A stretch of 64,000 nucleotides of DNA. It comes from Halobacteriaceae archaeon. Lineage in GTDB: Archaea > Halobacteriota > Halobacteria > Halobacteriales > Halobacteriaceae. The stretch spans positions 45,457 to 109,456 of the forward strand of contig JBDGTS010000007.1 in NCBI GenBank assembly GCA_042216675.1, given 5' to 3'. A model generated the notes under the pieces. It did no database searches. It saw only the letters and a program-made list of their open reading frames with translations, and was not told the origin of the DNA. The translations under genes were made by a program, and so were the position numbers. Shown here one piece after another: positions 18,480-28,701 of the stretch (positions within the stretch are counted from its first letter, which is position 1; each line of letters opens with the position of its first letter).

Positions 18480-19679
18480 CCGCTCCGCCGCCGCCGCGTC
18501 CGCGGCCGCCCACGCGAACAGGTCGTCGGGTTCCTGCGCCTCGATGGTCGAGAGCGAGGCGCCCGTCGCCGGCCGGTCCGGCGCGAAGCGGTTACAGCCG
18601 GCGGGTATCGTCGCGTCCGCGAACGTTCCGATGGCGCGGGCCTGCTCCATCACGTCCGTCTTGTCCTCGGTCAGCAGGGGCCGGTGAATCGGGAGCGTCG
18701 TCGCGGCGCTGGTAACCGCGAGGTTCGCGGCGGTCTGACTCGACTTCTGCCCGACGACTTCCCCCGTGACGACGCCCGAACACCCCTCGCGATCGGCGAT
18801 CTCCTCGGCGACGCGGAACATGTACCGTCGGAAGGCGAGCATTCGGCCCTGGTCGAGTTCCTCGGCGATGCGCGCGACGCTCTCCCCCGCCGGGACGACG
18901 TAGGCCGGCGTGTCGGCGTGGGGCGCGTACTCGCGGAGGGTGCGCATCGACTCCACCGCTCGCGCCCGGTGGTCCGGGCCGCCGTAGTCGCCGATGTCGA
19001 GGTACACTGGCACGACGGGCGACCCGCGGCGCATCGCCTCGAAGGCGGCCACGGGGGAGTCGATGCCGCCGCTGAGCAGGGCCACCAGCGGGTCTTGGCT
19101 CCCGACGGGGAGGCCACCCGGCCCGTCGCGGCGTTCGACGAAGACGAACGTCTCCGCGGTGCGGCAGTCGACGCCCACGGTGAAGTCGGGGTCGTCCAAG
19201 TCGACCGTCGGCTCGAAGTCCACCGCGTCGTCAGGCCCCGCCTGACTGCTCGTGGGGCCGTTCCCCACGGCGTCGAAGACGGCGGCGCCGCCGAACTCGC
19301 CCACGTCCTCGCTGTCGAAGGGGAGCGAGGAGTCGCCACGGTTGGCGTCGACGGCGAAACTGCCGCCGTCGTAGTGTTCGCGCGCCGCGTCGGCGACGGC
19401 GTCGGCGATGGCCGCGCGCTCAGAGGGCACCGACGCCGCGGGACTGGCCGAGACGACGCCGGGTGCGTCGGCCGCGGCCGCGGCCGCGGCGTCGGGGGCT
19501 GGCGTCCGGACGACGAGCCGACCCGAGTACGCCTCGACGGTGCCCTCGACGTTCCGGTCCGCGAGGATGGCGTCGAGGTTGTCGCGGAGGCGGGCCGTCA
19601 TCCGCTCCCGGACGGCGTCGCTCTTCGTGTAAATCTCGCCGAAGCGGACGACTACCGCGTCGGCGCCGGGGGGATGCAT
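18474..19679 (-). CDS. thiI: tRNA 4-thiouridine synthase ThiI
   Basis: VRFGEI..KS, THUMP domain, GPGGLPVGSQ, LLSGGIDSPVA PP-loop, TGE..GQKSSQT and RPL. ATG at 19679. Confidence 0.92.
   Translation of the reverse strand: MHPPGADAVVVRFGEIYTKSDAVRERMTARLRDNLDAILADRNVEGTVEAYSGRLVVRTPAPDAAAAAAADAPGVVSASPAASVPSERAAIADAVADAAREHYDGGSFAVDANRGDSSLPFDSEDVGEFGGAAVFDAVGNGPTSSQAGPDDAVDFEPTVDLDDPDFTVGVDCRTAETFVFVERRDGPGGLPVGSQDPLVALLSGGIDSPVAAFEAMRRGSPVVPVYLDIGDYGGPDHRARAVESMRTLREYAPHADTPAYVVPAGESVARIAEELDQGRMLAFRRYMFRVAEEIADREGCSGVVTGEVVGQKSSQTAANLAVTSAATTLPIHRPLLTEDKTDVMEQARAIGTFADATIPAGCNRFAPDRPATGASLSTIEAQEPDDLFAWAAADAAAAERL
19221..19275. repeat. Double-hairpin palindromic insertion inside thiI, flanked by near-identical 10-bp direct repeats
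   Basis: GTCAGGC-ccc-GCCTGAC (19230-19246) and CGTGGGG-ccgtt-CCCCACG (19251-19269); flanks CACCGCGTCG (19221) and CACGGCGTCG (19266). Confidence 0.65.
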
Positions 19680-19768
19680 GGGTCCCCTACGGCCCCGCGG
19701 ACTCTTGGGACTTCTGAAGCGACGCCGCAAGGACAACAGATAAACGTCGGCGGTCCCGGGTCTCTGAC

Positions 19769-20815
19769 ATGGACGGGGCAATCGCCCTCCTCAACTTCGG
19801 CGAACCGTCCGAACCGACGCGCGAGGAAGTCGTGCCGTACCTCGCGCGCATCTTTCGCAACAACGCCGACCTCGAGGAGGCTGACACCGAAGCCGAGGTC
19901 CGGGAGCGCTCCCGCGAACTCGCGGAGCGCCGCGCCCCCGGCCTCATCGCGGAGTACGAGGAGATCGGGGGCTCACCCCTGAACGAACAGGCGGCGGGGC
20001 AGGCCGACCGCCTGAAGGCCGAACTCGCGGACCGGGGGTACGACGTGGAGACGTATCTCGGGATGCAGTTCACCGAACCGTTCGTCTCCGACGCGGCCGA
20101 GAACGCCCGCGCCGACGGCGCGGACCACCTCGTCGGCCTCCCCATCTACCCGCTGTGTGGCCCCTCGACCACCGTCGCGGCGCTCGACGACCTCGAAGCC
20201 GCCGTCGACGACGCCGACTGGGACCCACAGTTCGACGCGGTGACCGGGTGGCACCGCCATCCCGTCTACACGCGGATGCGGGCCGAGGCCATCGCCGACT
20301 ACGCCGAGTCGGCGGGCGTGGACCTCACCGACCCGGACACGGCGCTCGTCTTCTCCGCGCACGGCACGCCCCGGCACTACCTGAACGAGGGGAGCCGGTA
20401 CGACACGTACGTCGAGGAGTTCACCAGCACCGTCGCCGCGATGCTGGGCGTCGAGGAGTACGAACTCGGCTACCAGAACCACGAGAACCGCGACATCCCG
20501 TGGACCGAACCCGAAGTCGAGGACGTCATCGAGACGGTGGACGCCGACCGCGTCGTCGTGGACCCGGTGAGCTTCATGCACGAGCAAAGCGAGACGCTCT
20601 CCGAACTCGACGACGAACTCGAGGAGGAGGCCGAGGAGCGCGGACTAACGTTCCACCGCGTCCCGATTCCCCACGACGACGAGCGGTTCGCGGAGGTACT
20701 GGCCGACCTCGTCGAACCGTTCCTCGCGGACTTTGACCCCGGCTACTACCAGTTCCGGCAGTGTGAGTGCCGCGACGAACCCGGGACGATGTGCCTGAAC
20801 GCGCCCTGTCGATGA
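19769..20815 (+). CDS. hemH: Ferrochelatase (coproporphyrin/protoporphyrin)
   Basis: LLNFGEP, YEEIGGSPL, P.YP....STT, VFSAHG.P, W.EP, P.SFM.E..ETL.ELD; Cys-rich C-terminus. Confidence 0.92.
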   Translation: MDGAIALLNFGEPSEPTREEVVPYLARIFRNNADLEEADTEAEVRERSRELAERRAPGLIAEYEEIGGSPLNEQAAGQADRLKAELADRGYDVETYLGMQFTEPFVSDAAENARADGADHLVGLPIYPLCGPSTTVAALDDLEAAVDDADWDPQFDAVTGWHRHPVYTRMRAEAIADYAESAGVDLTDPDTALVFSAHGTPRHYLNEGSRYDTYVEEFTSTVAAMLGVEEYELGYQNHENRDIPWTEPEVEDVIETVDADRVVVDPVSFMHEQSETLSELDDELEEEAEERGLTFHRVPIPHDDERFAEVLADLVEPFLADFDPGYYQFRQCECRDEPGTMCLNAPCR

Positions 20816-22071
20816 CGGTCGGCATCGTCGGCGCGGGCGTCACCGGTCTCGCGCTCACCCACCGCCTCGCCGACCGGGACACCGACAGCGTGGCTTTCGA
20901 GGCGAGCGACGAACCGGGCGGCGTCGTGCGCTCGGAGACGGAGGACGGCCGCGTCCTCGAACGCGGCCCCCAGCGTACCCGCCTCACGCCCGGCATCGAG
21001 TCGCTCGTGGACGACGTGGGCCTGCGCGGGGACATGCTGACGGCCGACCCCGAACTGCCGATGTACGTCTACGCCAACGGCCGCCTCGGCGTCGTGCCGT
21101 TCTCGGTCCGAAAGTTCCTCACGACGGACCTGCTGTCGTGGCGGGGCAAACTCCGGGTGCTGGCCGAACCCCTCACCGCACAGGGCCACGAGAACGAGAC
21201 GGCCGCGCACCTGTTCCGACGGAAGTTCGGCGACGAGGCGTACGAGAACTTCATCGGTCCCCTGTTCGGCGGCATCTACGGCTCCGACCCCGCCGAGATG
21301 CCCGCCGGCTACGCCCCCTCGCCCATCTTGGACCTCGAACGCCGGTCCGGGAGTCTCCTGCGGCCGGCCATCGAGACGGCGTTCGACAACGAGTCGAAGC
21401 CCCCCATCTCGTTCACCGACGGCATGCAGGCGTTGCCCCGCGCTCTCCACGAGGAACACGCCGACCGGGTGCGCCTCGACACGCCGGTGACGGCCGTCCG
21501 CGAGGTCGAGGACGGCTACCGGATCGAAACCGAGGCCGGCGCCGAACCCGTCGACGACGTGGTGCTGACGACGCCGGCGGACGCGACGGCGGACATCCTC
21601 GACGAACTGGTGCCCGACGCCGCGGCGCGTCTCCGTCGCCTCAACTACAATCCGCTCGCCCTCGTCTACCTCGACGCGGACCACGCCCGCGAGGGCTTCG
21701 GCTATCAGGTGCGCCGCGAGGAGGGCCTCCGAACGCTGGGCGTCTCGTGGAACGCGAGCCTCTTCGACAGGGACGGCGTCCACACCGCCTTCCTCGGCGG
21801 GATGAACGACTCCGAAATCCTCGACGAGAGCGACGACTTTCTGGGCACCGTCGCCAGCGAGGAGTTCCGGCAGGTGATGGGCGTCGAGAGCGACGTCATC
21901 GACGTGGTGCGTCTCGACCGCGGCTTCCCGGCGTGGGACCGGTCGTGGCGCCACCTCGACGACCTCGAACTGCCCGACGGAGTCCACCTCGCGACGAACT
22001 ACACCGCGCGGATGGGCCTGCCGGGGCGGATTCGGGAGGCGGCGTCGCTCGCCGACGAACTCAGCGACTGA
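20812..22071 (+). CDS. hemY: HemY-type (copro/proto)porphyrinogen oxidase
   Basis: IVGAGVTGL FAD motif, LERGP, P.FGGIYG.DP, SF.DGMQ.L and GFGY. ATG at 20812 overlaps the hemH stop (ATGA). Confidence 0.9.
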   Translation: MTVGIVGAGVTGLALTHRLADRDTDSVAFEASDEPGGVVRSETEDGRVLERGPQRTRLTPGIESLVDDVGLRGDMLTADPELPMYVYANGRLGVVPFSVRKFLTTDLLSWRGKLRVLAEPLTAQGHENETAAHLFRRKFGDEAYENFIGPLFGGIYGSDPAEMPAGYAPSPILDLERRSGSLLRPAIETAFDNESKPPISFTDGMQALPRALHEEHADRVRLDTPVTAVREVEDGYRIETEAGAEPVDDVVLTTPADATADILDELVPDAAARLRRLNYNPLALVYLDADHAREGFGYQVRREEGLRTLGVSWNASLFDRDGVHTAFLGGMNDSEILDESDDFLGTVASEEFRQVMGVESDVIDVVRLDRGFPAWDRSWRHLDDLELPDGVHLATNYTARMGLPGRIREAASLADELSD

Positions 22072-23068
22072 TCGACTGCGCCGTCTCGACGAAGGTGGCG
22101 ACGCTCTCGACGGGCGTGTTCTTGTTGACGCCGTGGCCGAGATTGAGGATGTGCCCGCTGTCGCCTGCCGCGTCCACGACGGCCCGCGTCTGCTCCGCGA
22201 CGAACGTCTCGTCCCCGAACAGGTACGACGGGTCGAGATTGCCCTGCACCGGCGTGTCGCCGAGCGTCTCGCGCGCTTCAGCCATGTCCACCGTCCAGTC
22301 GAGGCTCACCACGTCGGCACCGCTCTCGGCCAACACGTCGAGACTGCCGCCCATGTCCCGGACGAAGACGATGGTGGGCACGTCCACCGAATCGAAGATG
22401 CGCCGGTGGAGGGGGAGCAGGAACTCCTCGTAGTCCGCGGGCGTCAGCGAGGCGGCGTACGTGTCGAACAGCTGGAGGACGTCCGCGCCGTGGTCGACCT
22501 GATACTGGAAGTAGTCGGCCACCACGTCGGCGAAGACGTCGAGGAGGTCCGCGAAGGCGCCGGGGTGCTGGGCGCGGAAGCGCCGGAGTGACATGTGAGA
22601 GCGGGAGGGGCCGCCCTCGACGGCGTAGGAAGCGAGCGTGAACGGTCCCCCGGCGAAGCCGATGGTGGCGGCGTCGTCGCCCAGCGACGCGTCGAGGCGG
22701 TCCAGAAGCGCGCCCACGTAGTCGATCTCCTCGCTCACGTCGGCGTAGTCCTCCGGAACCGCGTCGGGCGTCTCGACGGGGTTCTCCACGACGGGGCCAA
22801 CCCCGGACTCGATGTGATAGGTGAGGTCCAGCGGTTCGAGGACGGTGAGGATGTCCGAGTACATCACGACGCCGTCGACGCCGAAGCGCTCGTACGGCAT
22901 CAGGCTGATCTCCTCGGCGATTTCGGGCGTCTTGATGGCTTCGAGGAACGTGTACTCCTCCCGAACTTCGCGGTACTCCGGGAGGTAGCGTCCGGCCTGT
23001 CGCATCAGCCACACCGGCGGTCGCTCCGTCCGCTCGCCGCGCGCGGCCCGGAGAAACAGGTCCTTCAT
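22061..23068 (-). CDS. hemE: Uroporphyrinogen decarboxylase
   Basis: PVWLMRQAGRYLPEY, SDIL, IGFAGGPFTLASY, QGNLDP and ILNLGHG. ATG at 23068. Confidence 0.96.
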   Translation of the reverse strand: MKDLFLRAARGERTERPPVWLMRQAGRYLPEYREVREEYTFLEAIKTPEIAEEISLMPYERFGVDGVVMYSDILTVLEPLDLTYHIESGVGPVVENPVETPDAVPEDYADVSEEIDYVGALLDRLDASLGDDAATIGFAGGPFTLASYAVEGGPSRSHMSLRRFRAQHPGAFADLLDVFADVVADYFQYQVDHGADVLQLFDTYAASLTPADYEEFLLPLHRRIFDSVDVPTIVFVRDMGGSLDVLAESGADVVSLDWTVDMAEARETLGDTPVQGNLDPSYLFGDETFVAEQTRAVVDAAGDSGHILNLGHGVNKNTPVESVATFVETAQSISR

Positions 23069-23163
23069 TACCGGTGGGTAGCCCGAGGCGGCAAAGAAGA
23101 TTGGGAATCCGTCGCGGGGCCGGAGCCGACATGGCTTTGGGGATTCAGTCCCCTCTCTCGCAC

Positions 23164-23439
23164 ATGCAGTGGACGCTCTTCGCTGACTTGGCCGACGTGG
23201 CCGGCGACAGGGAGGTAGCGGTAGACCTCGACGCCGGCGACCCGACAGTTCGGGACGCGCTCGACGCCCTGTTCGCGGCCGCACCGGGACTGGAGGACCG
23301 GGTCTGTGACGGCGACGGCTCGCTTCGGGACCACGTGAACGTCCTCCGCAACGGCGAAACGCTCGACGAGTCGGACCTCGACCAGACGCTCGACGCCGAC
23401 GACGAACTCGCCCTGTTCCCGCCGGTCAGCGGCGGCTAG
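23164..23439 (+). CDS. samp1: Ubiquitin-like small archaeal modifier protein SAMP1 (MoaD-like)
   Basis: MQWTLFADLA..AG, HVNVLRNG and C-terminal DELALFPPVSGG. Confidence 0.9.
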   Translation: MQWTLFADLADVAGDREVAVDLDAGDPTVRDALDALFAAAPGLEDRVCDGDGSLRDHVNVLRNGETLDESDLDQTLDADDELALFPPVSGG

Positions 23440-23440
23440 G

Positions 23441-24394
23441 CTACACGACCTGATTTTCGAGGTCCGCGTAGCCGCTCTCGCGGACGCGCTCGACGTTGCC
23501 GGCGAGCAGGTCCGCCAGCCTGTCGAACAGTTTCGGGCTGTGGCCGGCGTTGTGCGGCGTCACGAGGACGTTCTCGAAGTCCCACAGTGGATGGTCGTGT
23601 GGCAGAGGTTCGGGATCCGTCACGTCGAGGGCGGCGCCGCGAATCCGACTGTTCCGCACGGCGTCCATCAGCGCCTCGGTGTCGACGATGGGGCCGCGGC
23701 CGACGTTGACGAGGACGCTGTCGGCGCGCATCGTCTTGAACACCGGCCCGTCCACGAGGTTCTCGGTGGCGTCCGAGAGCGGACACGCCACCACGACGTA
23801 CGCGGCGTCGGCGACGGCCTCGTGAATCTCGTCGAACCCGTACACCTCGTCCGTCGGGCCGCCCTTCGCGGGCGTGTACCGGACGCCCACCGTCGTCACG
23901 TCGAAGCCCTCCAGTCGCGGCACGAGTGCCTGTCCGATGCCACCGAGGCCGACGATGGCGACTGTCTCGCCCGCGAGTTCGTGGGACTGGAAGTGCCGCC
24001 ACTCGGGCCGGTGCTCGCGGCGCCACCCCTCGTGGAGGTTGCGGCCGAAGGTGAGAATCCAGCCCATCACCTGTTCGGCGATGTTCGGGCCGTGGACGCC
24101 CGAGGCGTTCGTGACGGCCACGCCGCGCGTTCGGAACTCGTCGAGGGGCAAGTGGTCGTAGCCCGCTGAGGTGCCCGCGAACAGGCGAAGGTTCGCTGCC
24201 GCGTCGAGCAAGTCGCCGCGCAGGTCCCCACCGGTGACGATTTCGGCGTCCTCGATTGCTGCGAACTCCTCGTCGGGCGTCGACGCGTGGACGACCGCCG
24301 CGTCGGTGCGGTCCCGGAGTTTCGCGGCGTACTCGCTCGTCTCTATCCCGTGGTTGGTGCCCCGCCGGACCAGAATCGTCGGCTCGGATGCCAT
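23441..24394 (-). CDS. D-2-hydroxyacid dehydrogenase
   Basis: AGYDHL, TNASGVH, IVGLGGIG, VNVGRG, LDVTDPEPL and TPHNAG. ATG at 24394. Confidence 0.92.
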   Translation of the reverse strand: MASEPTILVRRGTNHGIETSEYAAKLRDRTDAAVVHASTPDEEFAAIEDAEIVTGGDLRGDLLDAAANLRLFAGTSAGYDHLPLDEFRTRGVAVTNASGVHGPNIAEQVMGWILTFGRNLHEGWRREHRPEWRHFQSHELAGETVAIVGLGGIGQALVPRLEGFDVTTVGVRYTPAKGGPTDEVYGFDEIHEAVADAAYVVVACPLSDATENLVDGPVFKTMRADSVLVNVGRGPIVDTEALMDAVRNSRIRGAALDVTDPEPLPHDHPLWDFENVLVTPHNAGHSPKLFDRLADLLAGNVERVRESGYADLENQVV

Positions 24395-24468
24395 ACCTAC
24401 TCCCGTACGGGAGCCCACCTCCTTGTGGCGGCCCCGGAGTACTTTGCCGGGGGGCACCATGGTGACGT

Positions 24469-24741
24469 ATGGCGGACCCGGGCGATCACGTCCGACCGGC
24501 GGGTGAGGACCGCGAGCACGGCGTCTACCGCGTCGTCGGCACCGGCGAGACCGTTGCGCTCCTCCGGGTGGCCGACGCGGACGGCCGGCGCGTCCACTCC
24601 GGGGAACTGCGCCACGTCGAGCGTCCGGTCCTCGAACGGGAGTTCGAGCGAGCCCCGGACCCCGACGCCGGGTTCGACCCGGTTCAGCGCCTCGAAAACG
24701 CGCTCTCGGGCCTCTACTGGCAGTTCCGGCGCTTCCTATGA
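24469..24741 (+). CDS. Hypothetical protein
   Basis: 90-aa acidic ORF ([22 protein letters not shown]) with haloarchaeal codon usage. Confidence 0.7.
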   Translation: MADPGDHVRPAGEDREHGVYRVVGTGETVALLRVADADGRRVHSGELRHVERPVLEREFERAPDPDAGFDPVQRLENALSGLYWQFRRFL

Positions 24742-27303
24742 CCGGAAGCGGCCGAGCAGACGGTAGTCCTCCTCGGGGTCGTAGCGCCGGAACAGCAGGC
24801 TGTTCGAGAGGACGCTCACGCTGGAGAGCGCCATCGCGCCGGCCGCGAGAACCGGCTGGAGGAGCCCCAGCGAGGCGAGCGGAATCATCGCCGTGTTGTA
24901 GCCGAGCGCCCAGAACAGGTTCTGCTTGATCTTGGCGAGGGTGCCCTCGGAGATGCGGACTGCCTTCAGCACGTCTCTCGGGTCGTCCCGCATCAGGGTC
25001 ACGTCCGCCGCCTCGATGGCGACGTCCGTCCCCGACCCGAGTGCGGTGCCGACGGACGCCGCGGCGAGGGCCGGCGCGTCGTTGACCCCGTCGCCGACCA
25101 TCATCGCCTCGCGCCCGTCGGCCTGAATCTCCTCGACAGTTTCGGCCTTGTCCTCGGGCAGCACCTCCGCGCGGACGTTCGCGGGGTCGATGCCCACCGC
25201 CTCGGCGACGGCGCGGGCCGTGCGCTCGTTGTCGCCGGTGAGCATCAGCACGTCGAGGCCGCGGGTCCGGAGCGCCGCGACTGCCTCGGCGCCGCTCTCC
25301 TTTACCGTGTCCGCGTCCGCGACGACGCCGACGGCGCGGCCGTCGACGGCGACGAGCATCGCCGTCTTGCCCTCGGATTCGAGGCGTTCGGCGGCGTCCA
25401 GCGCCGGGGCCACGTCGACGCCCTCGTCTCGGAGGAGTTTGCGGTTGCCGACCAGCACGTCGCGGCCCTCGACCGTCGCCTCGACGCCGTGACCGGGCAC
25501 GTTCTCGAAGGACTCGGGGTCCGCGAGCGAGAGGCCGCGTTCGCGGGCGCCCTCCACGATGGCCGCCGCGAGTGGGTGTTCGCTGTTCAGTTCGGCGCTC
25601 GCGGCGAGGTGCAACACGTCGTCCTCGCCGAGTCGCTCGACGGCCGCCTGTCCGCCGTCGGGGGCCACGTCGTCGAGTGGCACCACGTCAGTCAGGCGCA
25701 TCTCGCCCTCGGTGAGCGTGCCCGTCTTGTCGAAGACGACGGCGTCCACGTCTCTCACGCGTTCCAGCACGTCGCCGCCGGTGAACAACACGCCGTTCTG
25801 GGCGCCGATTGCGGTGCCCACCATCGTCGCGGCGGGCGTCGCCAGTCCCAGCGCGCAGGGACAGGCGATGAGGACGGCCGACGCGAACACGACGACGGAG
25901 AACTCGAAGACGGACACCGCGCCCCCGGCGACGGCGGGACCGCCGGCGACGAGACCCCACGCCGGGAGCCACTCGACGACCCCCGCCAGTGCCTCGGGGA
26001 ACAGATACCACGCGACGGCCCAGAGCAGGGCGTTCGTGATGACCGCGGGCACGAAGTACGCCGAGATGCGGTCGGCCACGCGCTGAATCTCTGGCTGGCG
26101 GGACTGGGCCTCTTTCACCAGTTGGACGATGCGCTGGAGCGCCGTCTCGGAGCCGACTTGCGTCGCCTCGATTTCGAGGACGCCGTTCTCGTTGATGGTG
26201 GAGCCGATGACTTCGTCGCCGGGGCGCTTCTCGACGGGGACGGACTCGCCGGTGACCATCGACTCGTCCACCGCGCTCTCACCCTCGACGACGACGCCGT
26301 CGGTGGGGATTTTCTCGCCGGGGCGCACCTTCAGTCGGTCGCCCACTTCGACGTCCTCGATGGAGACTTCGACTTCCGCGCCGTCCTCGATGCGGGTGGC
26401 CGTGTCGGCCTCCATCTCCAGCAAGCGGCGCAGGGCCTCGCCGGCCTGCCCCTTCGACCGGGCTTCGAGGTAGTTCCCGAGCGTGATGAACACGAGGATG
26501 AGTGTCGCCGTATCGAAGTAGCGCCCGCCCGCGACGAGGCCCAGCAGGACGGCCACGGAGTAGGCGTAGGCCGTCGTCGACCCCAAGGCGATGAGTACGT
26601 CCATGTTCGCGGTGCGGTTGCGGACGACGGCCGTGTAGGTGTTCTTGAGGAACACTCGCCCGAGGACGACGTAGACGGGCGTCGCCAGCAGGAACTCCAC
26701 CCAGCCGAAGTTCACGCCGAAGACGGACTCGGGGACGGGCGACGGGGACAGCAGCAGATTCAGGGCCAGAAACGCCACCAGCGGCGCGGAGAGGACCGCG
26801 CCGAACAGCGTGCGCCGGCGCTCCTCGCGAATCTCGGCTTCGCGGGCGCCCTCGCGCTCGTCCCCTTGGCCGTCGCTTTCTTCGGCCTCGCGCACAGGCG
26901 TGTAGCCGGCGTCCTCGATGGCGTCATAGAGGGTCTCGCGGGACGCCTCGGCGGGATTGAACTCGACGGTGGCCTCGTCGGTGGCGTAGTTCACGTCGGC
27001 GCTCACGACGCCCGGCACGGATTCGAGGGCGTCCTCGTTCGTCGTCGCGCAGTTCGCACAGTGCATGTCCGAGATGCCGACGCTCGCGCGCGCCCGCACC
27101 GGGTCGTAGCCCGAACCTTCGATGGCGGCGTATATCTCGTCGAGACTCGTCTCTGCGGGGTCGTACTCGACGGTGGCCTCGTCGGTGGCGTAGTTCACGT
27201 CCACAGAGACGACGCCGCCGAGGTCCGAGACGGCGTCCTCGACGGTGGCCGAGCAGTTGGCACAACTCATCCCGCCGACGCCTATCGTCGTCCCCCGAGT
27301 CAT
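24736..27303 (-). CDS. copA: Cu(I)-translocating P1B-type ATPase with two HMA domains
   Basis: GMSCANC and [40 protein letters not shown] and MALSS. ATG at 27303. Confidence 0.95.
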   Translation of the reverse strand: MTRGTTIGVGGMSCANCSATVEDAVSDLGGVVSVDVNYATDEATVEYDPAETSLDEIYAAIEGSGYDPVRARASVGISDMHCANCATTNEDALESVPGVVSADVNYATDEATVEFNPAEASRETLYDAIEDAGYTPVREAEESDGQGDEREGAREAEIREERRRTLFGAVLSAPLVAFLALNLLLSPSPVPESVFGVNFGWVEFLLATPVYVVLGRVFLKNTYTAVVRNRTANMDVLIALGSTTAYAYSVAVLLGLVAGGRYFDTATLILVFITLGNYLEARSKGQAGEALRRLLEMEADTATRIEDGAEVEVSIEDVEVGDRLKVRPGEKIPTDGVVVEGESAVDESMVTGESVPVEKRPGDEVIGSTINENGVLEIEATQVGSETALQRIVQLVKEAQSRQPEIQRVADRISAYFVPAVITNALLWAVAWYLFPEALAGVVEWLPAWGLVAGGPAVAGGAVSVFEFSVVVFASAVLIACPCALGLATPAATMVGTAIGAQNGVLFTGGDVLERVRDVDAVVFDKTGTLTEGEMRLTDVVPLDDVAPDGGQAAVERLGEDDVLHLAASAELNSEHPLAAAIVEGARERGLSLADPESFENVPGHGVEATVEGRDVLVGNRKLLRDEGVDVAPALDAAERLESEGKTAMLVAVDGRAVGVVADADTVKESGAEAVAALRTRGLDVLMLTGDNERTARAVAEAVGIDPANVRAEVLPEDKAETVEEIQADGREAMMVGDGVNDAPALAAASVGTALGSGTDVAIEAADVTLMRDDPRDVLKAVRISEGTLAKIKQNLFWALGYNTAMIPLASLGLLQPVLAAGAMALSSVSVLSNSLLFRRYDPEEDYRLLGRFRS
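26961..27201. repeat. 37-bp exact direct repeat in the tandem HMA domains of copA
   Basis: ACTCGACGGTGGCCTCGTCGGTGGCGTAGTTCACGTC at 26961-26997 and 27165-27201 (204 bp apart, 68 codons). Confidence 0.85.
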
Positions 27304-27510
27304 ACTGTCTCGTAGGGCCTCCCCGTTCTTGCCGATTTCCCTTGGGAAACCGCAGTCGAACACCGTCTGAACTTTGGAATCGAAGGCGAATTCGGCGGAT
27401 CGATACCGACAGTTCGCCCGTTGGCCCGCGAGCGCTCCGCGATGGCCCTCGCGCGCCGCCGAACCCCCTGAACGGAAACTGGATTGAACGAGGCGTCCGT
27501 ACGACAACAC

Positions 27511-28701
27511 ATGAGCGTCACCGAGACGGCCATCGAGGGACTCGAACTGGCCGGCGAGATGGGGTGGGAGACGTGGTGGGCGCTGGTGTTGGGCTTCACC
27601 ATCGCCGGCGCGGTAGAGTCGTTCGTCAGCGAGGAGCAGATGTCCCGCGTCCTCGGCGGCGCGGGGGTGCGCGAGGTAGCTCTCGGGACAGTCTTCGGCG
27701 CGGCGTCGTCGAGTTGCTCCTTTGGCGCCGTCGCGACGACGAAGTCGCTGTTCAAGAAGGGGGCCTCGGCCGTTGCGAGCCTCGCCGCGTTCCAGTTCGC
27801 CAGCACGAATCTGGTCATCGAACTCGGACTGGTGATGTGGATTCTGCTCGGCTGGCAGTTCGTCGTCGCCGACGTGGTGGCGGGTCTATTGCTCATCGTC
27901 CTGTTGGCTCTCACCTACGGGTACGTCGTCCCCGAGGCGTGGTTCGACGCCGCGCGCGACCACCTGCGTTCGACGGAGGGCGTCCGCGACCCGCAGTGTG
28001 GGATGACGGTAGACCCGACTGACGACGACGTTCTCAGCCTCGAAACGGACGGCGGGACGGAGTACTTCTGCTCGGAGTCCTGCAAGACGGCCTATCGAGA
28101 GGCCCAGTCACAGCGCGAGGCGTCTGTGACCGACCGCCTGTTCACGCTGGACGGCTGGCGCCTCGCCGCGAAGAACGCGGTCGGAGAGTGGGGGATGCTC
28201 TGGAAGGACATCGTCGCAGGCTTCCTCGTCGCGGGTCTCATCGGCGCGTTCGTGCCTCCCGAGTGGTGGACTGCGCTGTTCGGTGTCGGCGCCACGGGGT
28301 CGCTGACGTGGGTCGTCGCGAGCGCCGCCATCGGCGTCGTCGTCGGCGTCGTCACCTTCGTCTGCTCGGTGGGGAACGTGCCCTTCGCGGTCATCCTCTG
28401 GAGCAACGGCATCGCCTTCGGCGGTGTGATGGCGTTCATCTTCGCGGACCTCATCGTGCCCACCATCGTCGACGCCTACCGGCGCTACTACGGCGCGCGA
28501 ATCGCGGCCGTCATCTTCGTCTCGACGTTCATCGCCGCCGTCGTCGCGGGCGTCGCCATCCACTATCTCTGGGCGGGGCTGGACCTCATCCCCGCGGCGG
28601 GCGAAGTCGGCGGCACCGCGCCGAAGGGGTACACCGCCTATCTCAACGCCGCCGCGACGCCCGTCTTCCTCGTCGAACTGGCCGCGACGTGGCGCGAGTG
28701 A
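27511..28701 (+). CDS. DUF318-type permease with internal YHS/TRASH metal-binding domain
   Basis: WALVLGF, SSSCS, ASTNL and FVCSVGNVP; insert DPQCGM...YFCSESC. Confidence 0.85.
   Translation: MSVTETAIEGLELAGEMGWETWWALVLGFTIAGAVESFVSEEQMSRVLGGAGVREVALGTVFGAASSSCSFGAVATTKSLFKKGASAVASLAAFQFASTNLVIELGLVMWILLGWQFVVADVVAGLLLIVLLALTYGYVVPEAWFDAARDHLRSTEGVRDPQCGMTVDPTDDDVLSLETDGGTEYFCSESCKTAYREAQSQREASVTDRLFTLDGWRLAAKNAVGEWGMLWKDIVAGFLVAGLIGAFVPPEWWTALFGVGATGSLTWVVASAAIGVVVGVVTFVCSVGNVPFAVILWSNGIAFGGVMAFIFADLIVPTIVDAYRRYYGARIAAVIFVSTFIAAVVAGVAIHYLWAGLDLIPAAGEVGGTAPKGYTAYLNAAATPVFLVELAATWRE

Noticed and set aside
26961-27201. 37-bp exact direct repeat as a possible CRISPR repeat or att site
   Set aside because: Only two copies, 204 bp apart and in frame; explained by the tandem HMA domains of CopA.
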